Source: Lama glama
Taxonomy: Eukaryota
Assembly (NCBI GenBank): GCA_028534125.1
Contig: CM052817.1
Location: 42,472,001-42,536,000, forward strand
Direction: 5' to 3'
Length of the DNA stretch: 64,000 bases
In this document: one piece after another, positions 53,080-64,000 of the stretch
Layout of the letters: each line of letters begins with the position of its first letter
Numbering within the stretch: the first letter of the stretch is position 1
The notes under the pieces: model-generated
Database searches by the model: none
Seen by the model: the letters and a program-made list of their open reading frames with translations, nothing else
What the model was told of the DNA's origin: nothing
Position numbers and translations under genes: made by a program

Positions 53080-53282
53080 TAATAGAATTTTTGAAAGTAC
53101 TGAAGGTGAGAAGTATGAAGAAAGGAAGGTGACTCCAAAGATATAAATTCCACGATACAAAGATTCTTTACTACAGCAATTGAGGTCAATCCTATTCAAA
53201 AAGGCAAGAAAAAAATCTACTGCTTTACCAAAACCTGCCCCAGCAGACAAAGAGAAGCTCAAATTACTAGAATTATCAGTGT
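53080..53282 (-). pseudogene. Decayed exon (203 nt)
   Basis: ttttgtctttttgatatttcag acceptor, GTAAAT donor. Open phase-1 frame (D)TDNSSNLSFSLSAGAGFGKAVDFFLAFLNRIDLNCCSKESLY... Confidence 0.6.
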
Positions 53283-53566
53283 CTGAAATATCAAAAAGAC
53301 AAAATTATTATATGTAAATTGAAAAAAAAAAAAGGCCAAGTTCTGTCTTTGAGTCTTGCTATTCCATGCCACCAGTTGTCAACAAGGATGACTTGCAAGC
53401 CTGTTAGCAGCGCATACTTTCAAAGACAGGTGGCTAAGGAACCGTAGCATGAACAAGCACTACTCCGGCTCGTCTTATTGAAATATCCACTCAGTGTGAC
53501 ACTTGCATTTGACCCATAAGCAAAGAGTTTCACCTGATACAGGGTGACCCCATTAAAAATAAGTAC

Positions 53567-53646
53567 CTGTCTCTTCCATCCCAAGCTTTCTTGGGTTAGC
53601 AACACGGCATCCATTAAAGGTATTACTGGTGGACTCAATCACTTGT
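53567..53646 (-). pseudogene. Exon (80 nt, phase 2-1)
   Basis: ttttctattcattatgccctttag acceptor, CAG|GTACTT donor. Open QVIESTSNTFNGCRVANPRKLGMEET joins the next exon in phase. Confidence 0.55.
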
Positions 53647-54246
53647 CTAAAGGGCATAATGAATAGAAAAGTGCTGTGGGCGTAGAGGTAGCATCTCCAC
53701 GGTTAACAAGAGACCCATCAGGCTCAGTTCAAAAGAGTAGAAGTGACAAAGCCAGTCCCTATTGACCATCAACTACCTCTAACAAAACTAGCAACCATGC
53801 TTCTCAGAGAGACACCCTGTGTCCAGCTGGGTTTTCAGCCTCAGCCCCAGTGCATGGCTCCCCAGCCCCACTGCCCTTGGGTCTCATGTCCATCAGAATT
53901 TCTGCAGAGATAATGAACGTCCAAGCCTAAGTGGTTCATATCCTTTTGATTAAAGAAATCCAAACATGTTTTTTTGTCACTGTCTCTTTGTGCAAGAAAT
54001 ACTCCTGTGTTTTCTCTTTTTTTCAATATACAAATTGGATTAAACAGCATGCTTTGCAAACAACAGATAGGAATGCTAATTAAAGGACAGACTTCGCAGT
54101 CACATAAAAAGCAGCTCTGCACAAAAGTCTTCACATTCCATCTGAAATATGGCGTTAAGAGACTTGGTCAGACAGAGCTTGTGTGAACTCTGTTCACTAA
54201 AGATAGAACACTAGCAAACAGTCTTAGCAAAGAAAGATAAAGTCAC

Positions 54247-54371
54247 AAATTTAAGCAATGATCTCCTTAACATTTCTGTTATGATTGGTAATACTCGATT
54301 GCTACGGGTGAAAGCTAACATCTTGAATACAGATGCCAGCAAAAAAAGTGTTAGAGAAGTCTGGGTTTGTT
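54247..54371 (-). pseudogene. Decayed exon (about 125 nt)
   Basis: tttgccttttctcag acceptor, GTGACT donor. The phase-1 frame is open; an alternative frame gives NTFFAGICIQDVSFHP. Confidence 0.5.
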
Positions 54372-54564
54372 CTGAGAAAAGGCAAAAATACAATGTTGAA
54401 ATGTGATCCGACTGCTGAAATTTTAATATACTTTTTATCACTGCTCATTGCTCAGAGAAACAAAAGGCTTAATCAAAGAGTACCTTAATGTTAAAAACAC
54501 AACACAATGGAAGCACAGATACAGCATAATCCATACTTCAACTATTTTTCTCTCTAACTTGAGC

Positions 54565-55590
54565 ATCATTTATTCATTCAACAAGCTTTCATTGTGTGTA
54601 GCAAGCCCTGTGCTTTGGATTAAGGATACAAAGGTGAGAAAATCATGGTCTCTAATCCCAAAACATGATACTCTAGGGAGGATGAATGATGCTTGAACAG
54701 ATGGTTACAGAGCAAGGTAATAAAGACAACAACAGTTAAAGGCACAGGATATGCTGAGTATCTTCCTTAGTCTGAGGAATGTGTGTTGTTGTGGCTGCAG
54801 GGGAGAAAAGGGGACTAATCAGAGAAAAATTCTTGGTAGGGACAAAGAAGAGGTAAAATATATTTCAGATGAACAGGGCATGAAACTGGGGCATGTCAGT
54901 GCTGTAAGTCATTTATCATTACTTGAATGTACAGAATTAAAAGGTGTTGCAGGAGCTGGTGCTGAGATGGTAGGCAGAGGTCAGCTCAGGAAGTCCCTGG
55001 CACACGATGCTAAAAAACATAACTCTGTCCTCTAGGTCAGGAACTTGGCACAGACACCAGTGGAGAGCTGGTGTGTGCAGTATGAGGAATAGACCCCAGT
55101 AAGTCTGTCATGCTCTTCTGGTTCAGAACCATACATTCATTCCTTCAACATATAATTGTTGGTGCTCACTTTGTGTCAGGTAATTTTCTGGGCACTGGGG
55201 ATGCAACGTTGAACAAGACAGTTAAGTTCTTCCTTCTTGTAGACCAATTTATGGTGGACTATTTGAGAATTTTAAGTAAGATTTTAAAACTTTCTGTTAT
55301 GTGGAGGATGGATTTGATGGGGGCAAGATTAGATGCAAGGAAATAAGTTAGGGCGTTCTTGAAGTAATCTGAGAGACTCCAGAGGGAGTCAAAAGATAGA
55401 AAGTGGTAGTTAAGTATAGACAGGGAATAATTCTACGAATATTTAGAAAGCACAATCTACAGAACATGATTACTGGAAATAACTTAGGGTAGAGTTGGGG
55501 GAAGAAAGGGAAGGAAAAAGTGAAGAATGAATCCTAAATTTCTAGTTTAGATTATTGGGTAGATTGTGGCCCCACCAATCAAGGTAAATA
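54565..55590 (-). mobile_element. Degenerate L2 fragments
   Basis: catttattcattcaacaagc and cattcattccttcaacatataattgttggtgctcactttgtgtcagg L2 3'-end signatures plus purine-rich body. Confidence 0.55.
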
Positions 55591-55660
55591 ATTCATTGGA
55601 AGTACTCTATCTTCATCCATGACCACTGTAAAAGGAATGGGAAAATATGTAAAGCCTTAC

Positions 55661-55729
55661 CTGTAGGATTACATGCAGCACCTACATTAAATAGAGGACT
55701 ACAGTAAGGATGGGCACACAGCTGTTGAT
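55661..55729 (-). pseudogene. Exon (69 nt, phase 1-1), GCM-like Cys segment
   Basis: tctttccctgccatactgcag acceptor, CAG|GTAAGG donor. Open QQLCAHPYCSPLFNVGAACNPT. Confidence 0.65.
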
Positions 55730-56052
55730 CTGCAGTATGGCAGGGAAAGATACAGCACTTGGTGATATACCAAAAGAATTTCAGAAACAGGACATTTCTA
55801 TTTTCTCTCATAACTAAAAACATATCACATGAGCAAAGAGTTTAAACAAAGGCGCTCAAACATTCTGAAGGTTTAAACTTACTTTAATCCTTCTCTGTTT
55901 CTGCTGTTCACATTAACACTAGTATGAATTAATGATGGCTCAGGTGAGAAAACGATGCAACTGACACTGTATTTTCCTCTGCCAATAACTCAGGGGGGAA
56001 GGGATCCACAAATTAGGTTGACACATGGTGTCTACAAAGAATTAATTCCCAC

Positions 56053-56350
56053 TTGATTCTGGACAGACTTGCAAGCTGGGTTCCATCCATTAAGACTGCT
56101 GGGAATTCTGAGGTTTGGTTTGCACGGTGACATTTTCTACTGCCGTCAACAACTGGATGTAAGAATACCAATCACCAAAGAACACCTTGCCTTTGGTGTT
56201 GTCTTATCTAGAGACACTTGGGAATTGTTCCACATTTGGAAGTCACCTGCACTGGGTAGTTTTGCTATATTTGTCATGTGGATATCTTCTGGCGGGAACA
56301 CTTAGGCATTTATTGTGAGAGCTTTATCAGGGGACAAAAATATTTGGGAT
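56053..56350 (-). pseudogene. Decayed exon, GCM-like N-terminal part
   Basis: Possible ttgatttggcag acceptor and GTGGGA donor. Reads FPPEDIHMTNIAKLPSAGDFQMWNNSQVSLDKTTPKARCSLVIGILTSSC*RQ*KMSPCKPNLRIPSSL, then after a frameshift MEPSLQVCPES. Confidence 0.5.
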
Positions 56351-57559
56351 CTGCCAAATCAAATTATAGCACACTTGAACAGTCATCATCTCTCTTTTAT
56401 CCATGATGAGCATTCATTATGCAGCATCAAAAAGATTTACATTAGGATTAATAGACATCATGGAAAAATATGTCTAAATGTTCCCTACAGAAATCCATAC
56501 TGCTTAAGCAGCAGCGACCCAACGTAGCTAAATCAGCTGCACCCACAGTGCTCTCCCAAATACTTCTGACACATATTGGCTGGAACTCAAATAACTTTTG
56601 GGCAAAATGGCAAAGTAGGACAAATTTTGTTCTTTGGAATTCCCTTGTTTCCAATTTACTCATTCAGTCATTCAAAGTCTATTTATTGAGTACCTATTAT
56701 GTACTAGACACAATTCTAAGCAAAACGTTCCTATCCTGTTGGAGATTACCCTTCTTCCAGTTCTTCCAATTCCCAGCCCTCAGCTTGTCCCCTAGCTCTA
56801 ATTTTCCTAGAAATATAAAGTACTACTATTTCCCTTCCTCATTTCTCCATGGAAATTAACCCATTCATTAGTGATTACTTTTCCATGGGCTTCTGAAAAA
56901 TGTCCTTATCTCAAAGATATTACTAAACACTGAGGAATTCAGATTTGTGTCTGGCTGATGTGGGAAATATCTGAGGAAATGGAAATAATCTGGAACACCC
57001 AAATAAAACCATGAACATGAAAGCTCTAGCTCCTGGAGGATGTGGTGGCAGCATAACACAGCAGAGGGCGAGTTCTCAAGCCAGACAGGTGGTGGTTGAA
57101 ATCCCAGCTGCACTCTTTCCTAACAGTGTGCTTTACTTTGCCTGAGACACACTTTCCTAGACTTTACTAGTGAATATTAGTAAAAGATTAGAAATAACAT
57201 ATATTCAGTAACAGGCACGAAATAAATGCTTAAGAAATAATTCTTGTAATTTTACTTCCTCAAGATTGAAATTAAGGAGTGTATACTCCATCAGTCCCAT
57301 TTGTTCCATGACTATATTTATTGCACACAGATTTGCCTTTGGGTTCATGGCACTGTTAAATGCCACTGATTTTAAGATCTATGCGATTGAGGGGGGTGGC
57401 AAGGAGAATTTTTTTTTAAACTTTGAAATAATTGCAATGAAGTTGGATATGCAGTACAAACAGCTTTTCATTTTGCTAAACCATTTGAAATTAAAGTTGC
57501 TGACCGGAAGTGTCATCAGCCACAACTACTTTAAAATTTATTTCCTCCGAAGACATTTT

Positions 57560-58450
57560 TTAACATAACCACAACAAGGCTATCTAAAATAAGAAGCTAA
57601 TATTGATACATTACAACCTTCAAATCCTCAGACCCCATTCTTGTTTCACTATGTTCCAATACTGTCCTTAACACTAAGAGTCCAGTTCAGAATAAGACAT
57701 GGCATTTACTAGTCATGTCTCTTTAATCTTCAAACCACAGCAGTTCCTCAGTCTTTCTTTGTCTTTCATGACCTTGACACTTTGGAAGATAACAGGCCAG
57801 TTATCTTGTTGAATGTTCCTCAATTTTAGTTTGTCTGATATTTCATCATGCTTAGAGTCATGTTATGCATCTTTGGCAAAAATAGCAGAGAAGTGATGCT
57901 GTGTTCTACTTGCAGGCTATCAAGTCGTACACAGTTCCAATTTGTCCCACTGCTGAGACTGTTCATTTTGGTCAAGTGATTACTGTTGTATCTGTTAGGT
58001 GTCTCCACTGTAAAAATACTCTTTCATGGTAAATTAGTGCACATTTTACAGGGTCATACTTTGAAATTATGTATTTCCTGTTTCTCATTAAAATTGTACA
58101 CATCCATTTAGTATTTTAATATAATACGGACTCACAAATTCCTATTCCACTTTGTGCAATACAATCCATTACTACCATTCTTGATTTTGATGTTACAATT
58201 CTCCCTGATTTGGCCAGTGTGAACTTTTTCAAGTGAGCTTCTGAGTCCTTTTGCACGTGTCTGTTACTCTTGCAGCACCACAAGATGCCCCAACCTCATC
58301 TTTGACTTTCTCTACCCCAGCCCTGGGAATCAACCATTTCTCCAAGGAAACCTGCTTTCTTTTCACATAAAATAGTACTGAGAAGCCATTATCTAAGCGC
58401 TAATTGCTACTGGAGTGTCTCTTCTCCACGTCTCTCACAGTGAACAAAGT
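57560..58450 (-). mobile_element. Old L1 (L1MC-like) 3' region, antisense
   Basis: ttgtctttcatgaccttgacactttggaag...tatgcatctttggcaaaaatagcagagaagtgatgctgtgttct...ccatttctccaagga. Confidence 0.7.
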
Positions 58451-58559
58451 AGAGAATATATGTATGTATATTTAGATCTATAATTATTTCTATATGTATC
58501 AAAAGATACTGAAAAACATGGGATCACACTGATATTTTTAAATCAAATCCGACACCACA

Positions 58560-58676
58560 GGGAGAGAAAGGAAAAGACCAGGAGGAGGAGGGAGAGGAAA
58601 AGAAGGAGAAAGGAGGAAAGTAAAAGGAAGGGAAGAGAAAGGAAGGGGAAAAGGAAGGAAAGAGAAGGGAGAAGCA
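58560..58676. repeat. Polypurine low-complexity tract (GGA/GAA/GGAA)
   Basis: About 115 bp almost entirely A/G on the plus strand. Confidence 0.85.
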
Positions 58677-58869
58677 GAACTCTGTGCGATGTTTAAGATA
58701 CTCCTTAAAAAGAACTTGGAGGAGAAACAAACTCATATTTTGAATGGAATGACAGCAGAGTGTCATTCCATTAATAAAATGCATGTATGTTTATTTCTGC
58801 TTGCACTCTTAACAATTGGCCTTGCTTACTACTCTCTGTCTGTCTCTTCATGAGAACATGAAGAAGAAA

Positions 58870-59110
58870 AAGCTTGAGGCAATTCCAGACCAGCTATCAA
58901 TCAACTGACCCCCAGACATTTAAGAGTCCAACCAAAATAAGCAGAGCTGCCCACTCAATCCACAGCTAATTGTTAACACATGCAGAGCCCAGCTGAGCCT
59001 AGAAGAACCTCCCAGTTAACTTGTAGTCTCGTGAACAATAATAATTTGGTTATTACTTTAAGCCACTGAGGTTTGGGGTCAAGTGTTATACAGCATTCTT
59101 CTGGCTTGAA
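58870..59110 (+). mobile_element. MLT1-type MaLR LTR 3' part
   Basis: gagcccagctgagcctagaagaacctcccag...tttaagccactgaggtttgggg. Confidence 0.6.
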
Positions 59111-61924
59111 TTAAACTAGAAGTTATATTCTGAAATCAGAAATGCTCTTCTCCTATGAATTATATATTTTCTGCAGCATTCAGTATTCTATAGGTATTGT
59201 TTTATTCAAAGATGAGTAAATGGACTATGGTTAGGTTTCAGGGTAAGGTAGATATATATGAACAAGGACACTGCAATAGGGTCTCATCTCTGTCTGATGT
59301 ACTACATGACCACAGACTACGATCCACAGCCACACAGTGAGCTTTTCAAGAGCATCGACAATGTATTATTTTCCTTTGTATATCTAGCACCTAGGAGAGC
59401 TCCTTCTATATTTGCAATGCTGTAAGCACTCAGTCCAGTAAGTGAGTGGATAAAGGACAAGTGAATTCTGGTCAGTTATTTTAAAAAGTTCAACACAATA
59501 AATATTTATTTAATGAGTGAAGGAATGAAGATTCAACTTCACTAAACAGGAAGCTCTTTGTTTAAGACAGTTACTCCCTGAAATAAAATTAAGGAGTGGA
59601 AAAATAAGCCAATAGGCCCAAGCCCACAAATGAAGAAATACGTAGGAATAAAGGAGAAATGAGTAATGTTGATGAATGGGAGAGTTTTGTAATGCGAGCA
59701 TCATAGCAAAAGAGTTAGGAATGAAAACATTTCATTTTGCTGAAAGTCAGCTTCCTCCTAACTTCTCAGTGTATGAATTACATGTCACAAAATCCTAAAG
59801 GGAGCCAGAAGTACAGGCAGTATTTTCAAAGTGAGTGCACAAGAAGTATGCCCCGGACTCCTGATTTCCTGCAATGTGACAACACTGCCTCAGAGGGGGA
59901 TGCATGTAGTTTTGTTTCTTGTGACCTCAATAGAAATTAATTTTGCTGTTAGTATCTTTTAAAAACAAAGGCAAAAGCTTGGCTTTCCTTTCCCATGTTC
60001 CAATTAAAGTCAGGATTTTAATAATTATTCTCAGAAACCAAGTTGATGTTGATACATTACTATGCGGATAGCTCTGCATTGTAGTGATGTTTTGTGCTTG
60101 GATGATAATAACTGTCAAAATGCAAGGGGTTAGTGAACAGGACCCATGGGGAATGGCAGGATGACACTCTATGCAAGACATTCTGCTAATAGGTCTGAGA
60201 GCAATTACTGTATGGTTTATGATCACAACACTTAACCCTCTCACTCTCAGACTGTAGGAAGCTTAGCCAGCAAACTGCTTGAGGAAATTTTCGGCTCTCT
60301 GTGTTTTATCAGTAAAGTCCATTTAAGGGGCATGTCATGAAAACTGTCAAATATGCCTGTGCATTAGAAACATCAATATGGTCTATAATATGACTGCTGC
60401 ACAGAAAATGAGCAAACCCAGAGAAGAATTCATCAACTCCTGAACCAGCCTCATCTGATCATTTGTGTTTTTAACTTTAAGTTCAGTTGACCAGTTACTC
60501 TTTTCTTGTTTTCATGCACTGCTCCTTCACATCAGTATTAAGGTCTCTTTATTTTGTACTTGAGTATTGTTATGGCATCGTGCTAGCTAGTATTTTCTTT
60601 AAAGAAAGGGTAATTGTATCAGTCATGTTTACAAAGGAAGCAAAATAAGCACTTGGTAATCATCTCATTTAGCTATTAGACAACATTCTTTCCAAAACAT
60701 TCCAAATCTACTATCATCTCTTTTTCTGCCGACCAAAAAAGTACCTTGGTCTCTCAACTCCATCATTTCTCCCATATACTAATCCATGTATGTTACTTTC
60801 TTACCCCATCATCTGCTACCAAGAAACAGAGCAAGTTACCATCAGATTAAACCATAACAAGGAATGTGGGGGTCATAAACAAACGTGATTTTTGAAAGGA
60901 AGATTCATAATTTAGAAATATGAAGATAGAGAGTGGCAATATAGTAGAGGTTAGATGTGACATTAAGTCACCAACTGATTTGGAGATAGTCTCTGAGCCC
61001 ATAAAATTCAGATATAATAGGTTTCTAATTCCAATCAGCTTGCCTTCCAGTGACTGACAATTTTAATTAAAAATCAACAAAAATATTATCTTCTAATTTG
61101 ATAATTATGTACAACACAGACAGTTTTACAAATAACCTCCATGAGTTCCTTTTAACAAATACATATTTGGGGTAAACAAGACTACTTTTTCTCTACAATC
61201 ACATACAATAAATTTAGATTTCTTTTGTACAATATTTGATTATATCAATTTGCAAAATAAAAGTGCTATTGACAATAATAGCTTCACTTTTTAATAGTGA
61301 CTATAGAGAGTTGTTTGAAGTATTTGCTTAATTCATAACCCTAATCAGGGCTTCTAGGTGCATTTGTGATGTCTGTAAATCTAGGCAGAATTATTATAGT
61401 TTATATATATATAAATATGTATATATATTTATAAATATATACTTATTTATTTATTTATTATAGACATACATTTAATAATAACTTTTCCAACAGACAGATT
61501 CTTCTAATTCACAAAAAGGCATTGTGTAGTTCAGCCATAAGGGTGACTTACTCTTAGATTTGCTTTTCAACCCCCAAATTTGAAGTCCCCAGTAAGAAGT
61601 TCATACTGTATGACTTTGCCTCCCTGGCTAGCAATGTTCAGATCAGTGATACATACTGACCCATGATGGGCTGATCAGAATTTTCTCCTGGTCTGTTTCT
61701 CTGTGAAATTGGAACTGAGGACACGAAAAGTCAAGATCTATAGCTTTGTGATGAAGTCAAAGAGGCTAATCTTCAGGAATATAAGAATAATAAAAACATG
61801 AAGAGAAGAGCAGCGACAAAGAGGGAGCATAGTTCTAAGAGATAGTTGGCTTAGTTTTCAATGGTTTTCCATCTACTAGTTGCAGTCACTTGTGGAATTT
61901 GGCTGGCTTTTGTTGACATGGTTG

Positions 61925-61968
61925 TCAGGAGCTATGCGCACATAAAATAATGTGCGCATAGCTCCTGA
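61925..61968. repeat. Perfect 19-bp inverted repeat, 6-nt spacer
   Basis: tcaggagctatgcgcacat-aaaata-atgtgcgcatagctcctga. Confidence 0.95.
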
Positions 61969-62954
61969 AATTGAAAAATTAAATTAGATTGAGTGAATAG
62001 CAGCCTTGTCAATAGGAATTTATAAGATTTTATGATGAAAGGTTAGATGCTAAGATGAAAAAGGATAGGGTGTTGGACCCAGACCCAAATTTGGGGAATG
62101 TGGAAGCTTTTCTGGAGAAAGGACCATCTATGGAGAGACATGAAAGAGAAGTGAAGATGGCCAGATGAATCACTGAGAAAGGATTCTGGAAAGAGGGAAC
62201 AGCATTATGAATGCCTGCTAAGAAAGATGAGAGCAAGGGGCTGAGGGGACGTGAAGTAGTTCAGGCTGATGAAGAAGAGGCTGGACAATTTTGAAAAGTT
62301 CAGATTTTAAGAGGACTTCACCAACTGCCATAAAGAGTTTGGATTTGCTCCCGAGAGCAATGGAGAGCACAAGATAAGACTGCTAAGCAGGCAGAGGGCA
62401 GGATTTTAGGGATTTGCAGGATTTAGGCCTTGTTGGGTTAATTACTTTGGTTTTATCTGAACAGCATGTTTAAAACATGGGAGAACAGGCTGGCATTTTA
62501 GGGAGAAATAGATCAATCTAGTTAGGATAACCATAGCAATGTAGGGGAAAAAGTGATGAGGAGAAATAGGAAACCACTTCAGGAGATGGCTCATGGTCAT
62601 CAGAGATAACCAGTAGGCAGCAGATAAATTGTTGCAGAGGGGTAGGGAGAGGGAGAATCTTGCAGGACAGTGGCAGCCTGAAATGGTCTACTACATCAAG
62701 CAACATGGGTGTGCGATTTTTTTTTTTTGAGAAGTATGTTTTTCTCTCTTTCCTTCATTGGCATGTTGTGAAAAGTGGGAAAAACAGGGTCGTCATAAGA
62801 TAGGGGCTTAAGGAGGCCTAAACTGAGTACGGAACCCATTCTTTTTGAGAGCACCTGGCTGGTTAAAGAAAATACCTAAGAGGTGAGGATCTCTGGCTTA
62901 GTGTAATTAGGTGTTTACATCCCAAACTCTTTCTAACTAAAACATGGCAGCATG

Positions 62955-64000
62955 AATCCATTTATTTATTAAATATTTATTGAGTACTTATTATGTGCAG
63001 GGCCCTATGGTAGGCACTGTGATACACTGGCAAAGAAGATACACAACGTCCCTGCCCTCATTGAGCTTATACTTACTAGGGGATAATATCATTAATCAAA
63101 TCACTTTAAAATTATTTATAATTTTGAGCACATCTAACAGAGTCCTGACTAACCTATGTGTATCTCAGGAAGTAGTATCTGGATGATGCTACAGACTGAA
63201 TGGTGCCCCCATTAATCCATGTGTTGAAGTTTTAACCCTCAGTGTGACTTACTTGGAGACAGAACCTTTAAGGAGGCAAATCAGACTAAATGAGGTCATG
63301 AGGGTGGGGCCCTCATCCAATTGGACTGATGTCCTTATAAGAAGAAAAATACCAGAAGTACACCTGCCCAGAGGAAAGGCCATGTAAGGACACAGTGAGA
63401 AGGCAGCTGTCTGTAAGCCAAGGATAGAGATCTCACCAGAAAGCAACCCTTGATCTTCCAGCCTCCACAGCTGAGAGAAAATAACCCCTGTCTGCAGTAT
63501 TCTGTTATGGCAGGTTCAGCAGTCTAGTATGGATGGTATTCTGAAGGATAAGTAAGTCTGTCTTTGCCTATTAGGGCAGGGCAGGAGGGAGGATATCACG
63601 CTAAGGAACAATAGCAGGTGCCTTAGGTGAGGAACCTCAGGGAGTATTGGAGCAATGGAGAGAAGATGAGCGTGAGGAGAGAGAGGCAGAGTGGCAGGGT
63701 CAGGATGTGCAGCTCTGGAGGCCTGTTTACGTTAATTACTGGCTTTTATCCGAACAGTACTATAAAACCACTGAGAGGTCAAATCAAACCAGTAACATAA
63801 TGTTTTGTGATTAGAAAATATGATTCTGACTTCAAAAAGGAGAGTGGATTGGAAGGAGGCAGGAGGTGAGTTTGGAGGCTGCTGCAGAAACTGGGGAGAG
63901 ATGGTGGTGGGGGCAGTGTGATGGAGAGGAGTGGATGGATTTGAGATGTTAAAAGGGGGCACTGACTTGTTTTTGTGATTAATGGGCTATGGTGAGGTAA
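62955..64000 (-). mobile_element. L2 fragment interrupted by an MLT1 LTR
   Basis: atttattaaatatttattgagtacttattatgtgcagggc L2 end; L2-like purine-rich body resumes after 63530. Confidence 0.55.
63186..63530 (+). mobile_element. MaLR solo LTR, MLT1A/B-like
   Basis: tacagactgaatggtgcccc...aatgaggtcatgagggtggggccctcatccaattggactgatgtccttataagaag...tattctgttatggcag. Confidence 0.75.

Larger units (their letters stand above)
183..56350 (-). pseudogene. Decayed multi-exon (unitary-type) pseudogene; inferred GCM-like/MULE-like + chromo-like + USP-like + DEDDh exonuclease protein
   Basis: About 19 non-repetitive segments, all on the minus strand, bounded mostly by polypyrimidine-AG and GT(A/G)-type signals. 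Phases match across chains 9517>6974-6900>2421-2374>2048-1856>645, 23303-23012>14571-14461>13304, 50324-50061>49833-49784>43980, 53646-53567>53282 and 41536-41474>38565. Many in-frame stops, frameshifts and three apparently broken splice sites. Confidence 0.75.

Noticed and set aside
53099..53310. Plus-strand Lys-rich reading (TEGEKYEERKVTPKI*IPRYKDSLLQQLRSILFKK...)
   Set aside because: It has no plus-strand exon partners. The minus strand has a strong acceptor and an in-phase upstream exon.
54247..56350. GCM1 or GCM2 gene
   Set aside because: It lacks the near-invariant WAMRNTNNHN and RPAICDKAR strings; only the spacing pattern is similar.

Overview
AT-rich mammalian genomic DNA, very probably a camelid (four copies of a tRNA-derived SINE matching my recollection of camelid Vic-1). 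I find no intact protein-coding gene; the supplied ORFs are L1/LTR fragments, chance ORFs or pieces of decayed exons. Much of the window is ordinary eutherian repeat content (L1, L2, MIR, MaLR/ERVL LTRs, hAT MERs, a U6 pseudogene). Between the repeats, about 19 minus-strand exon-like segments (about 56350 down to 183) have mostly canonical splice sites, and many junctions have matching reading phases. All are read by eye, and most contain stops or frameshifts. Their translation suggests a fossil multi-exon gene with the order: GCM-like Zn domain, Mutator(MULE)-like transposase region, one or two chromo-like segments, USP/papain-like Cys and His boxes, and a C-terminal DEDDh exonuclease (FVAMDWEM...LLCGF...HEARK[D]). 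I do not recognise this architecture as any named mammalian gene. It may be a lost, domesticated transposon-derived gene. The domain calls are motif-level inferences and need HMM and synteny confirmation.
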